This document shows, in pieces, positions 37,596 through 50,874 of a DNA stretch of 64,000 nt; within the stretch, counting starts at the first letter, position 1, and each line of letters begins with the position of its first letter. This stretch comes from Camelus dromedarius (taxonomy: Eukaryota), in NCBI RefSeq assembly GCF_036321535.1, contig NC_087436.1, positions 63,242,001-63,306,000 on the forward strand, in the 5' to 3' direction. The translations under genes and the position numbers were made by a program. The notes under the pieces are model-generated. The model searched no databases and had not been told where the DNA came from. It saw nothing but the letters and a program-made list of their open reading frames with translations.

Positions 37596-39239
37596 GTATG
37601 TATTTTCTCACATTTCTTTTCCTTAGTTTATTCCATTTTCTTGTCCCATCTCCATTCTATTTTCTTCTCCTTTAAGAAAGTGTTTCTTTTCCTTCTTTTT
37701 TTCTTTTTCCCCTACCATTGTTTTTAGGCTTTTACAAATATTAAATGAGACAAAGTGCTTAGAACAAGCTGTCACATGATGAGAGTTCAACAATTATTAG
37801 TTTAGTTGTGACAGTTATTTATGTTTTGTATGATCATTGCTATTGTTGGTATTATTTTTCTTTGATTCAAAGAGGTTTTGGATATATATAGGAAAGACAA
37901 TCCGTTAATTTTGATAAGATCTTACTTAGAAAATATTATTTTTTGTATATGTGTCTGAAACTGCTTGTTTCATACCAAACATAATTACATGCTGAATTTA
38001 TCTATGAAGAACATATGAATGATATTTCTTAGACATGATCCTTTTATGAGAAAAGTGATAGAAAAATCATTTAGCAACATTGAAAATACTCCCAAGAATG
38101 TGGCTGGCAGAGCCATAATACTTGACCTAATAAAACTCGATCTTCCTGAAGTGAATAAACTTTGAATTGATTTACTTGAAATAGGTAAAAATAGTACATT
38201 TTAATAACTGTACTTTTTATTGTAAGGTTTGTTAAGATAGAATATAATATAGGTTAATCTTTTGGATAGTATGTATAAAGCTTGAAAATATATAGGAAAA
38301 TATTATAATTTTAAGCAATATATAATATTTCAAATAATGTATATATAAATATATGTGTTAAGTATACTTCATGCAATAAATTATATACTTTAACATTCTG
38401 ACTGCTAGATGGCTTATTCTGCTATACCAACACACTCAGCAATATGAAAACTATAATATATAACTATAATAATAAAATGAAATAGTTTAACAGAACACAA
38501 TATATTTAAAATGTTTAAGTTTGGAATATGCATTATAAAAGAGGCTCTGTGAACACCTAGGTCCCGCCATTCCTCAAGTGACAATTTGTTCTATGTAGTT
38601 TCCTCTTCAGGTTCCATGTGCAAAAGCTCTGGTATTTGTTGCCTTCTGGTTCAATTCTCACAGTTTCTCAGCCTTCAAAGGAGTCCTTGGAACATGCTGA
38701 TTTTGGATTTACCTAAGAACCTCAATGAAAGCTTTCAACATTTTTGTAACTAGCTATTGAATGGCCACTATGAGCTAGGCATTGGTCTTGCTGCTTGCTT
38801 ATTCCTCAGAGTCTGCCCTTACACATGCCGCCCAGCCAGTCCTCAGGGCAGGTGGAATAAACCCACTCCTGTGTGATCTCCCAGGTTTTCTGAGTTCTAC
38901 ACAGTTCATGTTCCAATAATATATGAGGGGACTACTTTAACTCATATACCACAGCATTTCATCAAGAAGCTGAGAATCACTCTCTTTACCCGTTTTTGCT
39001 ATTATTCAGTCATCCATTAAAAGCTATGCCTTTTCATGTGTGTATACTACCAGATGTTGCTTCCCTTTTCCTTGAAAGGCATTTTACTGTCTAGTCAATT
39101 CATACTCTTTGTCTTATGTTATTGTACACAATGTTTAGAAATGGCTTCTTTTTTAATGTTTGGTCTAAAGTCTTTGTTGATTAATTTTATTATTTATGCA
39201 CTTATAGTCAAAGGTTACATTGACAGGTAGTAAACTTAT

Positions 39240-39470
39240 GACCAAAAGAATGGGCACTGAGACAGATTGCCTTGAATTTTGGTGCTGCAATTTTCTAGCT
39301 GAATATTTAACCCCTCTTCTTTCAAGTTTCTTATCTCTTAAGTGAAGAAAATAACTGCCTCATGGGATTATGAACAATATGCCAATATGCTAATAGTTTT
39401 CATATTCTAGTTAATATAAATACATCTAAAGGCATTTAGGACAATACACAAAGTTAGTATTCAATAAAAC
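39240..39470 (+). mobile_element. MIR SINE
   Basis: 'aatgggcactgagacagattgccttgaattt...tatttaacccctc...agtttcttatctcttaagtg'. Confidence 0.6.
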
Positions 39471-40016
39471 TAAATATAAATGAGAGGATCAGTGTTTCAT
39501 CAAAAACTTACTGAGAAAAATTAAAGTAAAATACTATATAGAAGTGAATATCCATTTCATGTAGAGTGGTCTCAAAATATTTTGTACTCTATAAAAACAC
39601 TAATTTTACAGGATTTAAATAAACTAACATTATATGAAAAAGTGTTCATTCTATCATTAGATAAATTGTAAAACTCAGGTTTAAAAAATATAAACATTTT
39701 AAAGCAGGATTTCACAGACCTACATGATGAATCTCCCAAAGAGATATAACTTATGTAATATTTCTGATACAAATTCTATTTTGAAACTCCTGCTATTTAT
39801 GGAGCATCTCACAGTGTGTCCTAGAAGATGTGATTTTGGGAAGGCTTGTTTCTAATAGAGTTTGAGTTTCAGTTCTATACCTGTGGATCAGTGTCATCTG
39901 AAATAAAATACTTACATTTTTGGCTTTAGAGGCCTGGCTAGACTTATTGTCCCTCTTCTAGTTAGGTAATATGGTCAATCATGTCTTTGACCAGGCTCCA
40001 AACAAATGATAAGATT

Positions 40017-40316
40017 ACAATGTCCAGTACATTAGACATTAGCCACATCTGGCCATTAATCACTTGGAATGTTGCTAGTCTGAATTGAGATATGCTGTAA
40101 GTGTAAATACACTACATATTTTAGTTAAAAAAAAACCTATCTCATTCATTATTTTATATTGATCACAAGTATACATGATAGCAATCTGGATATACTGGGT
40201 TAAATAAAACATATTAACATTAATTTCATAAGTTTCTTTTTACTTTTTTATATGCCTTCAAAAAAAGTTACAATTACTTAAGTGGTTCATATTCGATTTT
40301 TATTGGACAATGCTGC
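40017..40316 (-). mobile_element. MER33 (hAT-Charlie) DNA transposon
   Basis: 'tgtccagtac...tagccacatctggcc...ctagtctgaattgagatatgctgtaagtgtaaatacac...gggttaaataaaac...ttattggacaatgctg' follows reverse MER33. Confidence 0.85.
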
Positions 40317-41319
40317 TCTAGGTTTGGCCAAGATGCAGTAGCTCCAAGAACCACACTTGCCTCAATCCTGCCTCATGGACACTGACCCATAATATTCAGA
40401 ACACAGGGGACCAGAGAACAATTTATACAATGAGAATGGTAAAATTTCATTCTAAGTTCCTAAAAATAAAATTAATCACAGGTATAATTTTCAAGAAATT
40501 AACTATAAACTGTTGCCTTTTGCAAAGGACCTGAAAACCTTTTGGTGAACAAGTGATAAACTGAACTGTCTTTTTCAGCCAAAGAAGACAAATATACTTC
40601 ACTCCCAGGAACTGCACAGAAGGAATAAACTTCAGCCTAAAATGGCTAAATGAAAGGCTATAGATAATTATGGAAAAAAGAAATCTTCAAGTTTTTATTT
40701 TGATCTAGGTTTCCTAATGGCAAGCCACAAAGTTCACTTCACTGGAGTGAAACAGAAGAGATCTCCAGGGGGAAATGTAGAATGTAAGAAACATTGGGGT
40801 GAAATTTCAGTTAAACGGAATAGCAAATATAAGCAAGTTATATGAAAAAGTTCCTCAATGCTTGTCCAAGAAGAGATAATGGATGGATGGTTAAAAGACA
40901 GACAGAAAGTTAGGTAAGAGGTAAAGTATATAATAGAGTGAGTTATGATTCCAATTTAGTGGGGTTGTGTTTTGTAGATTTAGTTATTTGTATGTTTGAA
41001 GAAGTAAAAACTTATAATTACATATGTAATTCCTGGCTTAAGAATACTCTATGACAGAACTAACTGTATTTGCCCATTAGTGAAGTATGCTCTACAGATT
41101 GTTTTATTGATTCTCCTTCAGCTTGTGAATCCAGTGAAAAGATATTCAGAGTTGCCAGTTCACAGACGTGTGAAAGGGAAGTCAGGTAAGAGCTAACTAA
41201 CTCAGAACATAAATGAAGGTTATAGGAAGATAGCTGTATTCTGCAGCTGTAAGAAGAGTTTATCGTTGCCCTATAATATATCTTGGGAGTTATTATTTAT
41301 TCTTCTGAATTTGGTTAAC

Positions 41320-42142
41320 GTGGTAAACTGAATAATGGCCCCAAAGATGTCCTTATCTTAATCCTTAGAACCTGTGAATATTTTACCTTAATATGGCAGA
41401 AAGGAACTTTGTAAATGTGGATAAATTAAGAATCATGAGATGAGATTATCTTGGATTCTAGGGGTTAGCACAATGGGTTCACATGGGTCCTTACAAAAGG
41501 TGGACAAGAGGGTCACATGCACAGTATAGGCCATCGACAACAGAAACAGAGGGAGAAGAGGCAAATGTGTCATGGGGCCAGAAGCCAAGGAATGAGGGAA
41601 ATTTCTGTTACCCCAAAAGGGGAAAGGAAAAGACCCGACTTCTTGTCATAATGAAAGATAAGAATTCAGATGGGAGACAGAGTATTGTGTGGTGAAAGAT
41701 GTTAAAGGATTTATTTATCAAAGGGAAAGTACACCTCCAAGAATGGAAAGCAGGCTGATCCAAAGGTGGATAGCAGCTCCAGTCTTTGTTTGCCCCTTCT
41801 CTATACCCTCACTTGGAGGTGATCTTCTGATTGATTGATGGCTTTTCCCCCTGGAGTGCTTAATCATGTGTGTCCCCTTTTGCACATGTCTTTGCCCATG
41901 GTTTATACAGAAAAAAACATGGCGGGGGAGGGGTGCCAAACCGCAATGTTAATTATTTTACAGTGAGCATGAGGTTATGTCTGGTTAAGTCGTTGTCGCT
42001 ACTGCCTGCCAACAACATGACTTTAGTCCAGTGAGATCGATTTTGGCCTTTTGGTTCCTAAAACTATAAGACAGTAAATTTGGGTTGTTTTAAGCCACAA
42101 ATTTGTGATAATTTGTTATAGTAACAATAGGAAACTAATACA
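41320..42142 (+). mobile_element. MLT1D-like MaLR LTR, interrupted
   Basis: Start 'gtggtaaactgaataatggccccaaagatgtcc...agaacctgtgaatattttacctta'; end 'ttttaagccacaaatttgtgataatttgttatagtaacaataggaaactaataca'. Confidence 0.85.
41631..42004 (-). mobile_element. Partial ERV LTR (antisense) inside the MLT1D-like element
   Basis: Reverse polyA signal 'aaaggatttattta' at about 41705 and reverse TATA-like 'tctatacc' at about 41800; interrupts MLT1 homology. Confidence 0.55.
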
Positions 42143-43601
42143 GTGAATGAGGATAAATTTGCACCTCTGAATCTTTTGGCAGCAAATCTAAGATGGACTA
42201 ATTAGAATTTGGAATAAGGCCTATGACTTATTCATCTTTATATCCCTTCCATAATCCTGTGCACATAATAGAAGGTCAAGAGTATCTTGTTAAATGAAAA
42301 AATTAAAACTGACCCAAGTAAATTCATGATGAAATGTATTTACTACCAATTATATTACACTTAGATTACAGGTAAAAAGGTGACTTTGCCTACAAAGAAA
42401 AATGTATCCCTCTTTCCTAAACAATGAGTCTGCAGCTGACATGACCTTGAAGATTCATACTTTACTTATTCACCTTAGATTTGCTCTTAGCTCTGTGTAG
42501 CTCTTATCTTTCCCTCCATTCTTGGGTCTAGATGAAGCACCCTGGTTTGAGGCATGCTCAGTGGCTGTCCTAAAGAGTACAACTACTAGAAAATGTGCAG
42601 GAATTCTTTTAGCTTGAGGTTACATTTGACTAATGAGAGATAGGAGATGGCACATTCTTAAATCCCTTGCCCTTCCTTTTTGGAGATATTCCAGGAACAG
42701 CAATCAGTTTAGTGTGTTTAGTGAAGCTTTGAAGAAACTAGTAATGTATCACTTTGTATTTTTTCCCCTCCTTCCCAGGCTTACTCCCTTTTTTTCTTAC
42801 CTTAACTTTCCAGAGATTCTGCTCCACAATAGAGTTGACAATTGACTTTTGCCTCAGGCTGAGTTTCTTAACTCAGATGGTTTTCATCCTTAGAGTCCAG
42901 GGCTTGGGAAATGATGATTCAGTTCTGCAGAATCAATGGAAATTGCAAACTAAAAATCTTTTTCTCCAAATTGTCATGAAACAGTGTACAGTAACATCCC
43001 ACTTGAACCTAAAGAATAAAAAATATACTGGGACCTGAAACTCACATAGACCTGGAAGATCTCCTAAACAGAAATGAAGTTTTATTTAAGAGTTAGATTT
43101 GGGGAATTATAGGATAATTCATTCCCAGATATTTAAGCCAGACATGGCAATTTTGAACTTAACTTTGAGACCAAGAGTAATTAAACAGTAAGTGCTTTAT
43201 TTTTACTCACCAAATTAGAACATTTTCCATAGCCAATACATGTCTGACAGAAATTCCTATTTTTCCTTCAAATTCAATAACAAAATTTTACTTTAATTGT
43301 GTTCTTTTTGAGTCCATCTCAGGCCATTATCCAGTTGAATTTAAGAGAACTTTATGAAATCTGATGAATAGAATGTTTAACCCAATGATAAGAATATCCT
43401 GGATATTACTCCTAATTATATTATGCCTCTTTTTGAGTTTTAAAAGAGATAGCTTATAAGCAAAACATCCAAGTATTCCTAGACTTAAAGTCAACTTATA
43501 ATTACAGTTAAAATATTCAGGTAAGAAGCCTGAGCATAAATGAGTGCTATCCCAGTTAAGTGATTTATCCAAGGTAAACTAATATGATTGCCCTACACCC
43601 T

Positions 43602-43772
43602 CAAGGTCATCTTCATGGGTGCTAGGCAGTTGCACAGGAACCTGTTTAAGAAGGGTCCCCTTCTCGGTCCAGTGCAGAGCTATTGCCCTCTTAAAATTCT
43701 TAACGCTTTGGGTAAAGGGGCTCTGTATTTTCATTTTCAGTTAGGCCCCCACAAATTATGCAGCCAGTCCTG
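43602..43772 (+). mobile_element. MER45A (hAT-Tip100) MITE
   Basis: CAAGGTCATCTTCATGGG...AAATTCTTAA...TTTTCATTTT...GGCCCCCACAAATTATGCAGCCAGTCCTG follows MER45A; degenerate 8-bp TSD TACACCCT / TACAACTT. Confidence 0.85.
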
Positions 43773-44325
43773 TACAACTTAAAACTTGATGGTCGATTCA
43801 GCTCCATTTTTTAGCATGTATTTAATTCCAAGAGTTTGGAAGCCAAGGATTATAAGGTAGGTAAATCATTCTAATAATTCTGATATTTATATCAAAATAA
43901 TCTTGTCCCTCTCTCCATTCTGAATTTTGACTTGCCCCTGGCCTGGGTTCCCCAGGAGCAGGTCACTGCCTAGAAGCCCAGGGACTTGCTACCTCTGCCT
44001 CTTTGTGTTCGGCTCCTATCTGCTCTGTCCCCAGGAGCCTCATCATTTATAATATTACCTTTTGCCCCCGTGTATGTGGATCATGAATTCTTGTCCTATT
44101 TAGGATTTTTATATAAAAGAAACAGGTTTTTACAACTACCTCAAGACAAAAGGGAGATTAATTTTAAGATACATAAGGCTTCAATCTATGTCTTCTAGGG
44201 ATGGCCTAGTTTCTCTGTGAATCTCTTACTCTTTTGAAAGCCACATAGTCTCCTTTATTGTGTCTCTGGATATGTGAAAACAAGTGTTCTCTTACTATGA
44301 ATTCCTTATGGAACCCCATGGCTAT

Positions 44326-44368
44326 TCTTCCTCTTCTTCTTCTTCTTCTTTTTTTTTTTTTTTTTTTT
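44326..44368. repeat. (CTT)n plus poly-T tract, adjoining an old antisense L1 3' end (about 44370-44620)
   Basis: Read directly; followed by 'ttttcaaacacatacaataatacaatgatcatccatatactcatcacc'. Confidence 0.7.
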
Positions 44369-47344
44369 GTTCTTTTTAGCTATTTATTTTTTCCCACCAA
44401 ATCTTATAAAATATTTTCAAACACATACAATAATACAATGATCATCCATATACTCATCACCTAAATTGAACAACTATCAATATTTTGCTATACTTAATTT
44501 GTTTGTCGTTTGTCTCTCTCTGTCTCTGTCTCTCTCTTTCCCTTTCTCCTTTCTTTCTTTCTATTACATCATTTTATCCCCTACGCAACTCTAAAAACTA
44601 CAGATATTTTCTTACATAATTGGATAATGGTGTCTTGCTCTCTCAACTTGCAGGAACTATGCAGGAGAAATTCAAAGAGAGTATGGATGCTAACAAGCCA
44701 CAAAGAATCTGCCCTTGAAGAAGTTTCCATGCAAAGCCAGCGCACCCTCAGGCTCCTTTTTTGCCAGAGACAATACAGCAAATTTCTTATCCTGGTGCCA
44801 GGATTTAGGGATAGGTGAAACATGTCTGTTTGAATTGGAAGGTTTGAGTATGTATTTCCTTAAGAATTTAAGCTGATAATATATTAAAATTATTGTTTGT
44901 CAGTTAAAAAAAAATGCCTATCATACCTAACAAAATTAACAATTAATTGGTGTCAATACATATTCAAATTGCCCTGACGATCTTAAAAACATTAAGTCTT
45001 AAAAACATCCAGCTTTGGACACTGAATACAAAGAATGAAGCAATGCTTCCCCGCATATCGTGAATCCTAAAGGGAAGAAAGATATACTCAGACAAGTACA
45101 CTTCCTAGGAACTCTCTGTGAAGTTTTGGCTGAAAATGAAAGGCAGACACACAATGGCTGCTCTTCTTAGCTCTTTGCAGTTACAGCACACCCTGCAATC
45201 TGTATTAACTGTGTTGCTCATTTGGGGTCTCTTAAATTAAGTATCAGAGAGGGAACTTGTTTGGCCTACCTTTCCAAGGCAGGCTACGTCAAGGTGACTT
45301 CCCATCTATGAGTTGCCAGCCCATGAGCCCAAGGCATGTCCCAGGTAGCATCAGGCCTAATTAGTAAGTCCCAGGAATAAAACCATGTAGCATACATACA
45401 ACATGACTGCCAACCAAAAACAATGATTTCTATGAGAACTGGTTGTGAGAATGGTAGCAAATATATTTGACACAAAAGTTAAAAATCCTGATCCAGAATA
45501 TGAGTCCCAAAGTCCCCATGGAGTAGCTAGAATGCTCGTCCATGGACTCAACAGGACCCTCCTGGGGACAATCATGGTCTGTACAGATTTCTTGCTCTAC
45601 TTTTCAATAGCTGGTACAATTTTTCATGCTGAGCACCCATCACTTGAATTCCCATTAATTATTTACTTCTTGGAATCTTTGAAACAACCATCTTCTCTTT
45701 CTGGACTAATCTATTTCTAAATATTGTCCAGGCATGCTCTGACCCTCTGTCCTGCTAATCAGGTTCCACATAAGATGTATTTCCTTTGTTAAAAACGTTC
45801 ATCTGCAATTTAAAAAAGTCTTTCAGAAGTGCTTTCTTCAAGTAGTATATAATGATTTGAGAATAAAGTACCTATGTTTTACATTGACTTTTGGTTACTT
45901 CATTTACATGTAACACATCCCAGCAAGTTAGCTAATAAGAACAAACTGAAGTGTTTCTTTTAATTTTTAAAAAAAATTTTCCAACTATTTTAATGAAATG
46001 TTGTATCTTGAATTTTGACCTTAGACTTCTCTACTTTTTGCCCTATATCATGAGGTATTAAATTGAAGTTCAAGGTACCAAAAATGTCTATCATTGTATA
46101 ATCTTGTGGTCTACCTTAGGATATAACAATGTCTACTATTTTTAGGTTGTGTGTCCTCTGTCCTTTTCTTTAGACACAAGCTTAGTTTATGAATAATCTT
46201 AGTTTAATATCATTTACCTACAAAAGGATGCAAAAAAAATCAGGTTTAGGTATCACTAATAAGTAAAAAGTATTTTTTTCAGATACTGTGAGAATATTTT
46301 CTGAGAAAAATAAATTGAAGTTAAACACTATTAAGTAAAATAGTATGTACCCTAAAATATGTGTATACCTTTTGAGTATGAAAGTCAAGAGTATATGTAC
46401 AAAGATTTTATAAAGGAAAAAAGCACACGTTTACAGAAAACATGATTAAACACAGTTTTCTTGCATAATATTTGGAAATTATTTTACTAAGATAAAAATA
46501 ACTTTACAAATTATTTCAGAAGCAAAAGACAAAGATACAGATTAGCTGGGAAAAAACCTTTCAAGGAACATAAAAAGCAATAAGCCAGTTTTCTGTGTTT
46601 AAATACTATGTTGTATTTTTTGGTCTGTGTTTTGCCTCCTTTTAACAAAAAGCATCTTGGCTCCTCTCCTCAATTTCTAGCATTTGGTCATTTAGATAAA
46701 GGCACAGATGCTCACTTGCTTAAGTAATTTTATTCAGATGATTTTTATTGCCTAAAAATGATCTCACTGTTGGATATTGCCTATGGTTTAGAGTGTACAG
46801 CACAAGGCATTTAAATGATAAGGTGTTGCTTCCAACTTGAATCTTGCCTGAAGAGAGTAACAGGCAATGTCTAGCTTCATTATCTTTTAGAGGTTTAATG
46901 TACAATATTTATTAGTGTTGCTACTTTCTCAGCATCCATAACAATTCTTCTGTCCCATTTGGTAGTTGTTTGTGGTAAAATGCTCCTGTATACCTGTGGT
47001 TTGATAGTATTTCTACTATTTATCACCCACAGTAGTGTAAGAAGGTCTTTGTATACTCCCCTGAAATTTCTCTCTGTCATATCATAGGATATGTAGATAT
47101 ATATGTTGGAATGTGTGTATGTATACACACAAATAGATACATATATATGATGTATACATATGCACATTGTTCTTTTCTGTTGACTTTAAGAGAAGTTTTA
47201 AAAAGTTAGCAAGACAACATTATCCTTTCATACACAGGAATTAATTCAGTATAATCAATAAACAGTACTAGGCAATATCAAAATCACCAAGTGAAATAGT
47301 AAAGTTACTTTAAGACTATGTTTGCAAAGCAGATTAGTGTATTG

Positions 47345-47550
47345 ACAATCACACAGCACTAGGAATAAGACCTGAGTTGTAGTCTCTACTCATTTATAAT
47401 CTCTCAAACTTTAAGTTCCTTAATTTATCCAAGCCTCAGTTTCTTTGCCTATGAAATGGGATAATAAAATATTTTTAGAGCTAAATTTTTTTTCTATATT
47501 TCTATTGCAGGGTGCTCAGAATCTTGCAGAAGCTCAATAAATATTTGTTT
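47345..47550 (+). mobile_element. MIR SINE
   Basis: 'agacctgagttgtagtctc...aagcctcagtttctttgcctatgaaatgggataataa...ctcaataaatatttg'. Confidence 0.7.
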
Positions 47551-49329
47551 ATCAGACAGAATAAAGCAAGCAATTTTGACTGTAGCAGATAATCTTCTAA
47601 GGACTGTACTGGCTCAAAAAATAGTAAATTATTTATGATGTCACTTTTTCTCTTTTTGAAAGCAAGTAGCAGAAAAGTGTAAATATATACGATTAAAGGA
47701 AGACATTCTTTCAAGGATTCGTCTTTTGTGTCTAATGGCTTAGCCACTTTCTGAGGACTGAGGCTTCTGAGTTCATTTTGAAATGGTTTGTAATAAATAG
47801 AGATATTTCTTTTTGGATATTTAAGTCCACAAATTGTGGATATTTGAATAAGGTGAACTTTTGGTAAAACACTTTGAGAAAAATATATCATTATAGATGG
47901 TCTGCACAGTAAATGCACATATACTTTTTTTTTTTTAGATGTTCAAATTGAAGCTGCCTCTAATGGGCCAATAGAGCAGAAATTCTACTATCACTCTCTT
48001 TGCATTTGGCCTTCCCCTTAGATTTCCTCAAATTGTGGAAATGTATGAAGTGCTGAAAATTAAGCCACTCTTGTGAACCCAAATGGGGATTCTCTGAAGT
48101 CTGCTCAGTGGACTCCATTATTGCTTCTCAAGGCTGCATTATCTCACTACTGAAGCTCAGAGGAGTTGACCTACGGGGTTGTACAGATCTGTTGAGTCTC
48201 TTTATTTACCTGATTCCTCTGATAAACTCTGCCCACAGCGTCCCTTTCCTGTTCACATCTTTCTGTGCTTTTTAGGTCATTTAATCCCATGTACAGGTCT
48301 ACAAGATGCTGGTGGTCCCAGGGATGCTCTGTCCTTGTGGTTTCTGCATTAATCTTTTACCCAAAACTATTTTTATGTTTCCAGCCAGGAGATTGACCTC
48401 TAAACTTAAAACAGCATCACTTCTCTTTTGCCTTCCCAAATATGACCAGAGTAACTTTCTTGCTACTTGCTTGCTATAATAGTAAAAAATTCAAACAACA
48501 GAGACACCAGATGTTAAATCTTTAATAGGGCATCTTGCTAAAAATATTTTCAAAATTGACAGAAAAAGTATAAGCTTGCTGATATAAATATATATGTGTG
48601 TATATATGTGAGACAGGAAATAGTGTTTAAAGATTATTGGGTGTGTCTGTTATAGAGCTTGAAAACACTTCCCTCTGTAAATTTTAGGGTATTTCTATTA
48701 TTGTACTTGTTTAATGAGTTCTTTCATCAATTGAAAAGATCTTGAGGGCAGGGACTATATCTGCATTGCTGTATGTACAGCAGACTTCTTCCTCATAACT
48801 CGTACACAATAGATCCCCACACACATATTTAGTAGATAAATAAAATCTTCACCTATATTAATGGATAAATAAAATAAAGATTGATCAGCTAAAAATTTAA
48901 TTCAAGCTTCCTTTTTATGTCCCTATAAAATTACATGGCTTCTCTGTCTATGGAAATACTCTATCATACATAGGTTTCCAAGCTATATATAGAATTTATT
49001 ATTTTTCATCTAAAAGTTATCTCTATCTCTTCTACTTTCTAGCAATCTGTCCAAAAATCTGTCTCCTCTGTAAACTTCAGTGCTTCAGTCTACTGTCTTA
49101 CTATGATGGGTAGGTTAGCACTGAAAATTATTCTTGACCTCTTCTTTTATGTACACACCCACACACATGCATACCATCAGGAATGAGTTTTTTTAGTTTT
49201 TTCCACTATGTAAGGTATAAAAAGATTGTTTAACTTAAATCAGATTAAGAAGCAACATTTTCTTAAAGCATTAACTATGCTCTAGATTCTGTATACAGTC
49301 ATATGTATGCAGTGTCTCACTATATACTC

Positions 49330-49495
49330 ATAAAAGTGTACATAAGAATAATTATATTAAGTACATTTTACAGATGAGAACATTGAGGCTTACTGTGATT
49401 AAGTTATAAGCATATTCTCAGAGCTATTATGGCAGCTTAATATTTTTTCAGAAATATTTCTGATGCTAGAATCTATGCTCATAACCTGCACACCA
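49330..49495 (-). mobile_element. MIR SINE
   Basis: 'cattttacagatgagaacattgaggcttactgtgattaag'. Confidence 0.65.
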
Positions 49496-50401
49496 CTCAG
49501 CAGTTGGTCTTATGCTCCTTCAATTTTTATTAGATTTCATACTTTAAGAAGAAAAAAAGTTTTTGTTTTTGTTTTAACTGAAGAAAAACACTCCACTTTC
49601 ATTTTTTAGAATACCACCTATAGCAAACAAAGCAATGTGATTACTTGTTGGGTAAGTACACTTTCTTTCTTATTAGCCTGAAAGTACAGGCTAGTAAGAA
49701 TATTTGAGTTGTGAAGTCATATTTCTGAGGAAAAAATGACTAGGAGGAGATTATAAATCCACTACCATTTCTGCAATTAATTCTTTAACTTTCAACATAG
49801 ACCAAATCATTGAAATTATTTAATTCTCAAATTCTGTATGTCTAAATATCTAAAATGAAGATATTATGTTAGATTAACTCACAGTCTTTCAGCACAAATA
49901 TGTGTGTTTTTACATGTTTTAATGAAGACTTTCACGTAGATAAACTACTTGCTTAATTAAGAACTAGCATCCTCATCAAACTGATTCAATTAATTTTTTG
50001 CCAAATATTTATTTACTATAGTGCAGATATTTGACTCAATTGTGTATTTTTTGTGATCTTTAAGGCTTCTTTGTATTGAGTTACAGCCTTTTGATTGTCC
50101 CTGGCTTATCTAGGAGACCACTATGCAAATTAAAAATTCTAAAATAATTTAGGTATGATTGGTTCAAGATATTCTTAAATATTAAGGTTCAGGATTTGCA
50201 AAACAGCATAGACTTGAGGAATAACTGTTTATTAATAACCTTGTTAATTATTAGAAAGATAGTGTTTAGAACAATGTTTTTAAACATTCAGGAATTCGGG
50301 GTATTTTTCTATTATTTTTTCACCCTAATAATATGAATTTTAATATAAGAAGATGCGCTAGATTGTTTTGCTGGAAATCACATCTATACAGAGGAAACCA
50401 T

Positions 50402-50857
50402 TGTATATTGCCCATGCAAATAATCAATAAGCAATCTGCATTAGGACTAGAAAAGAGTTTTATTCAAGCCAAACTGAGACCATAGCCTGGGAGACACAGA
50501 TTCAGGAAGCACTCAAATTGTATCCTGCTGGACTGCAAAATGGGGGAGGCTTATATAAGCAAAACCTACAAAGTTACATGAGTTGTTTTGTCAAGAATTT
50601 GGATTGGAGCCAGCAAGAAGTAAGAATGCTTGTTAAGCAAGGATTTGTTGGGATCCAAAATGGTTGCACAGTTAAAGGAGGAGACCTTGAGACCATAAGG
50701 TTGCAACTGGCAGCTGCTAGCAGATATTGTTCTGAAAATGGTTAGCGGTCATTGAGTTTGATACAGTTTAGAAAATCAGGTTCTCAGTGACGCAGATTTG
50801 TGTCTGAAACCCTCTTTAAAATGGCCACCTGTCACCATTTTGGATGCCTGAACCACA
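50402..50857 (-). mobile_element. ERV1-type solo LTR (antisense)
   Basis: TG...CA termini, reverse polyA signal 'gttttattc' at about 50458, reverse TATA 'cttatataagc' at about 50550. Confidence 0.7.
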
Positions 50858-50874
50858 GTTTTATATCTTTTCAG

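Noticed and set aside
47502..47918. Longest ORF in the window (138 aa, - strand)
   Set aside because: Non-ATG start, composition typical of AT-rich DNA, overlaps a MIR, no recognisable domain.
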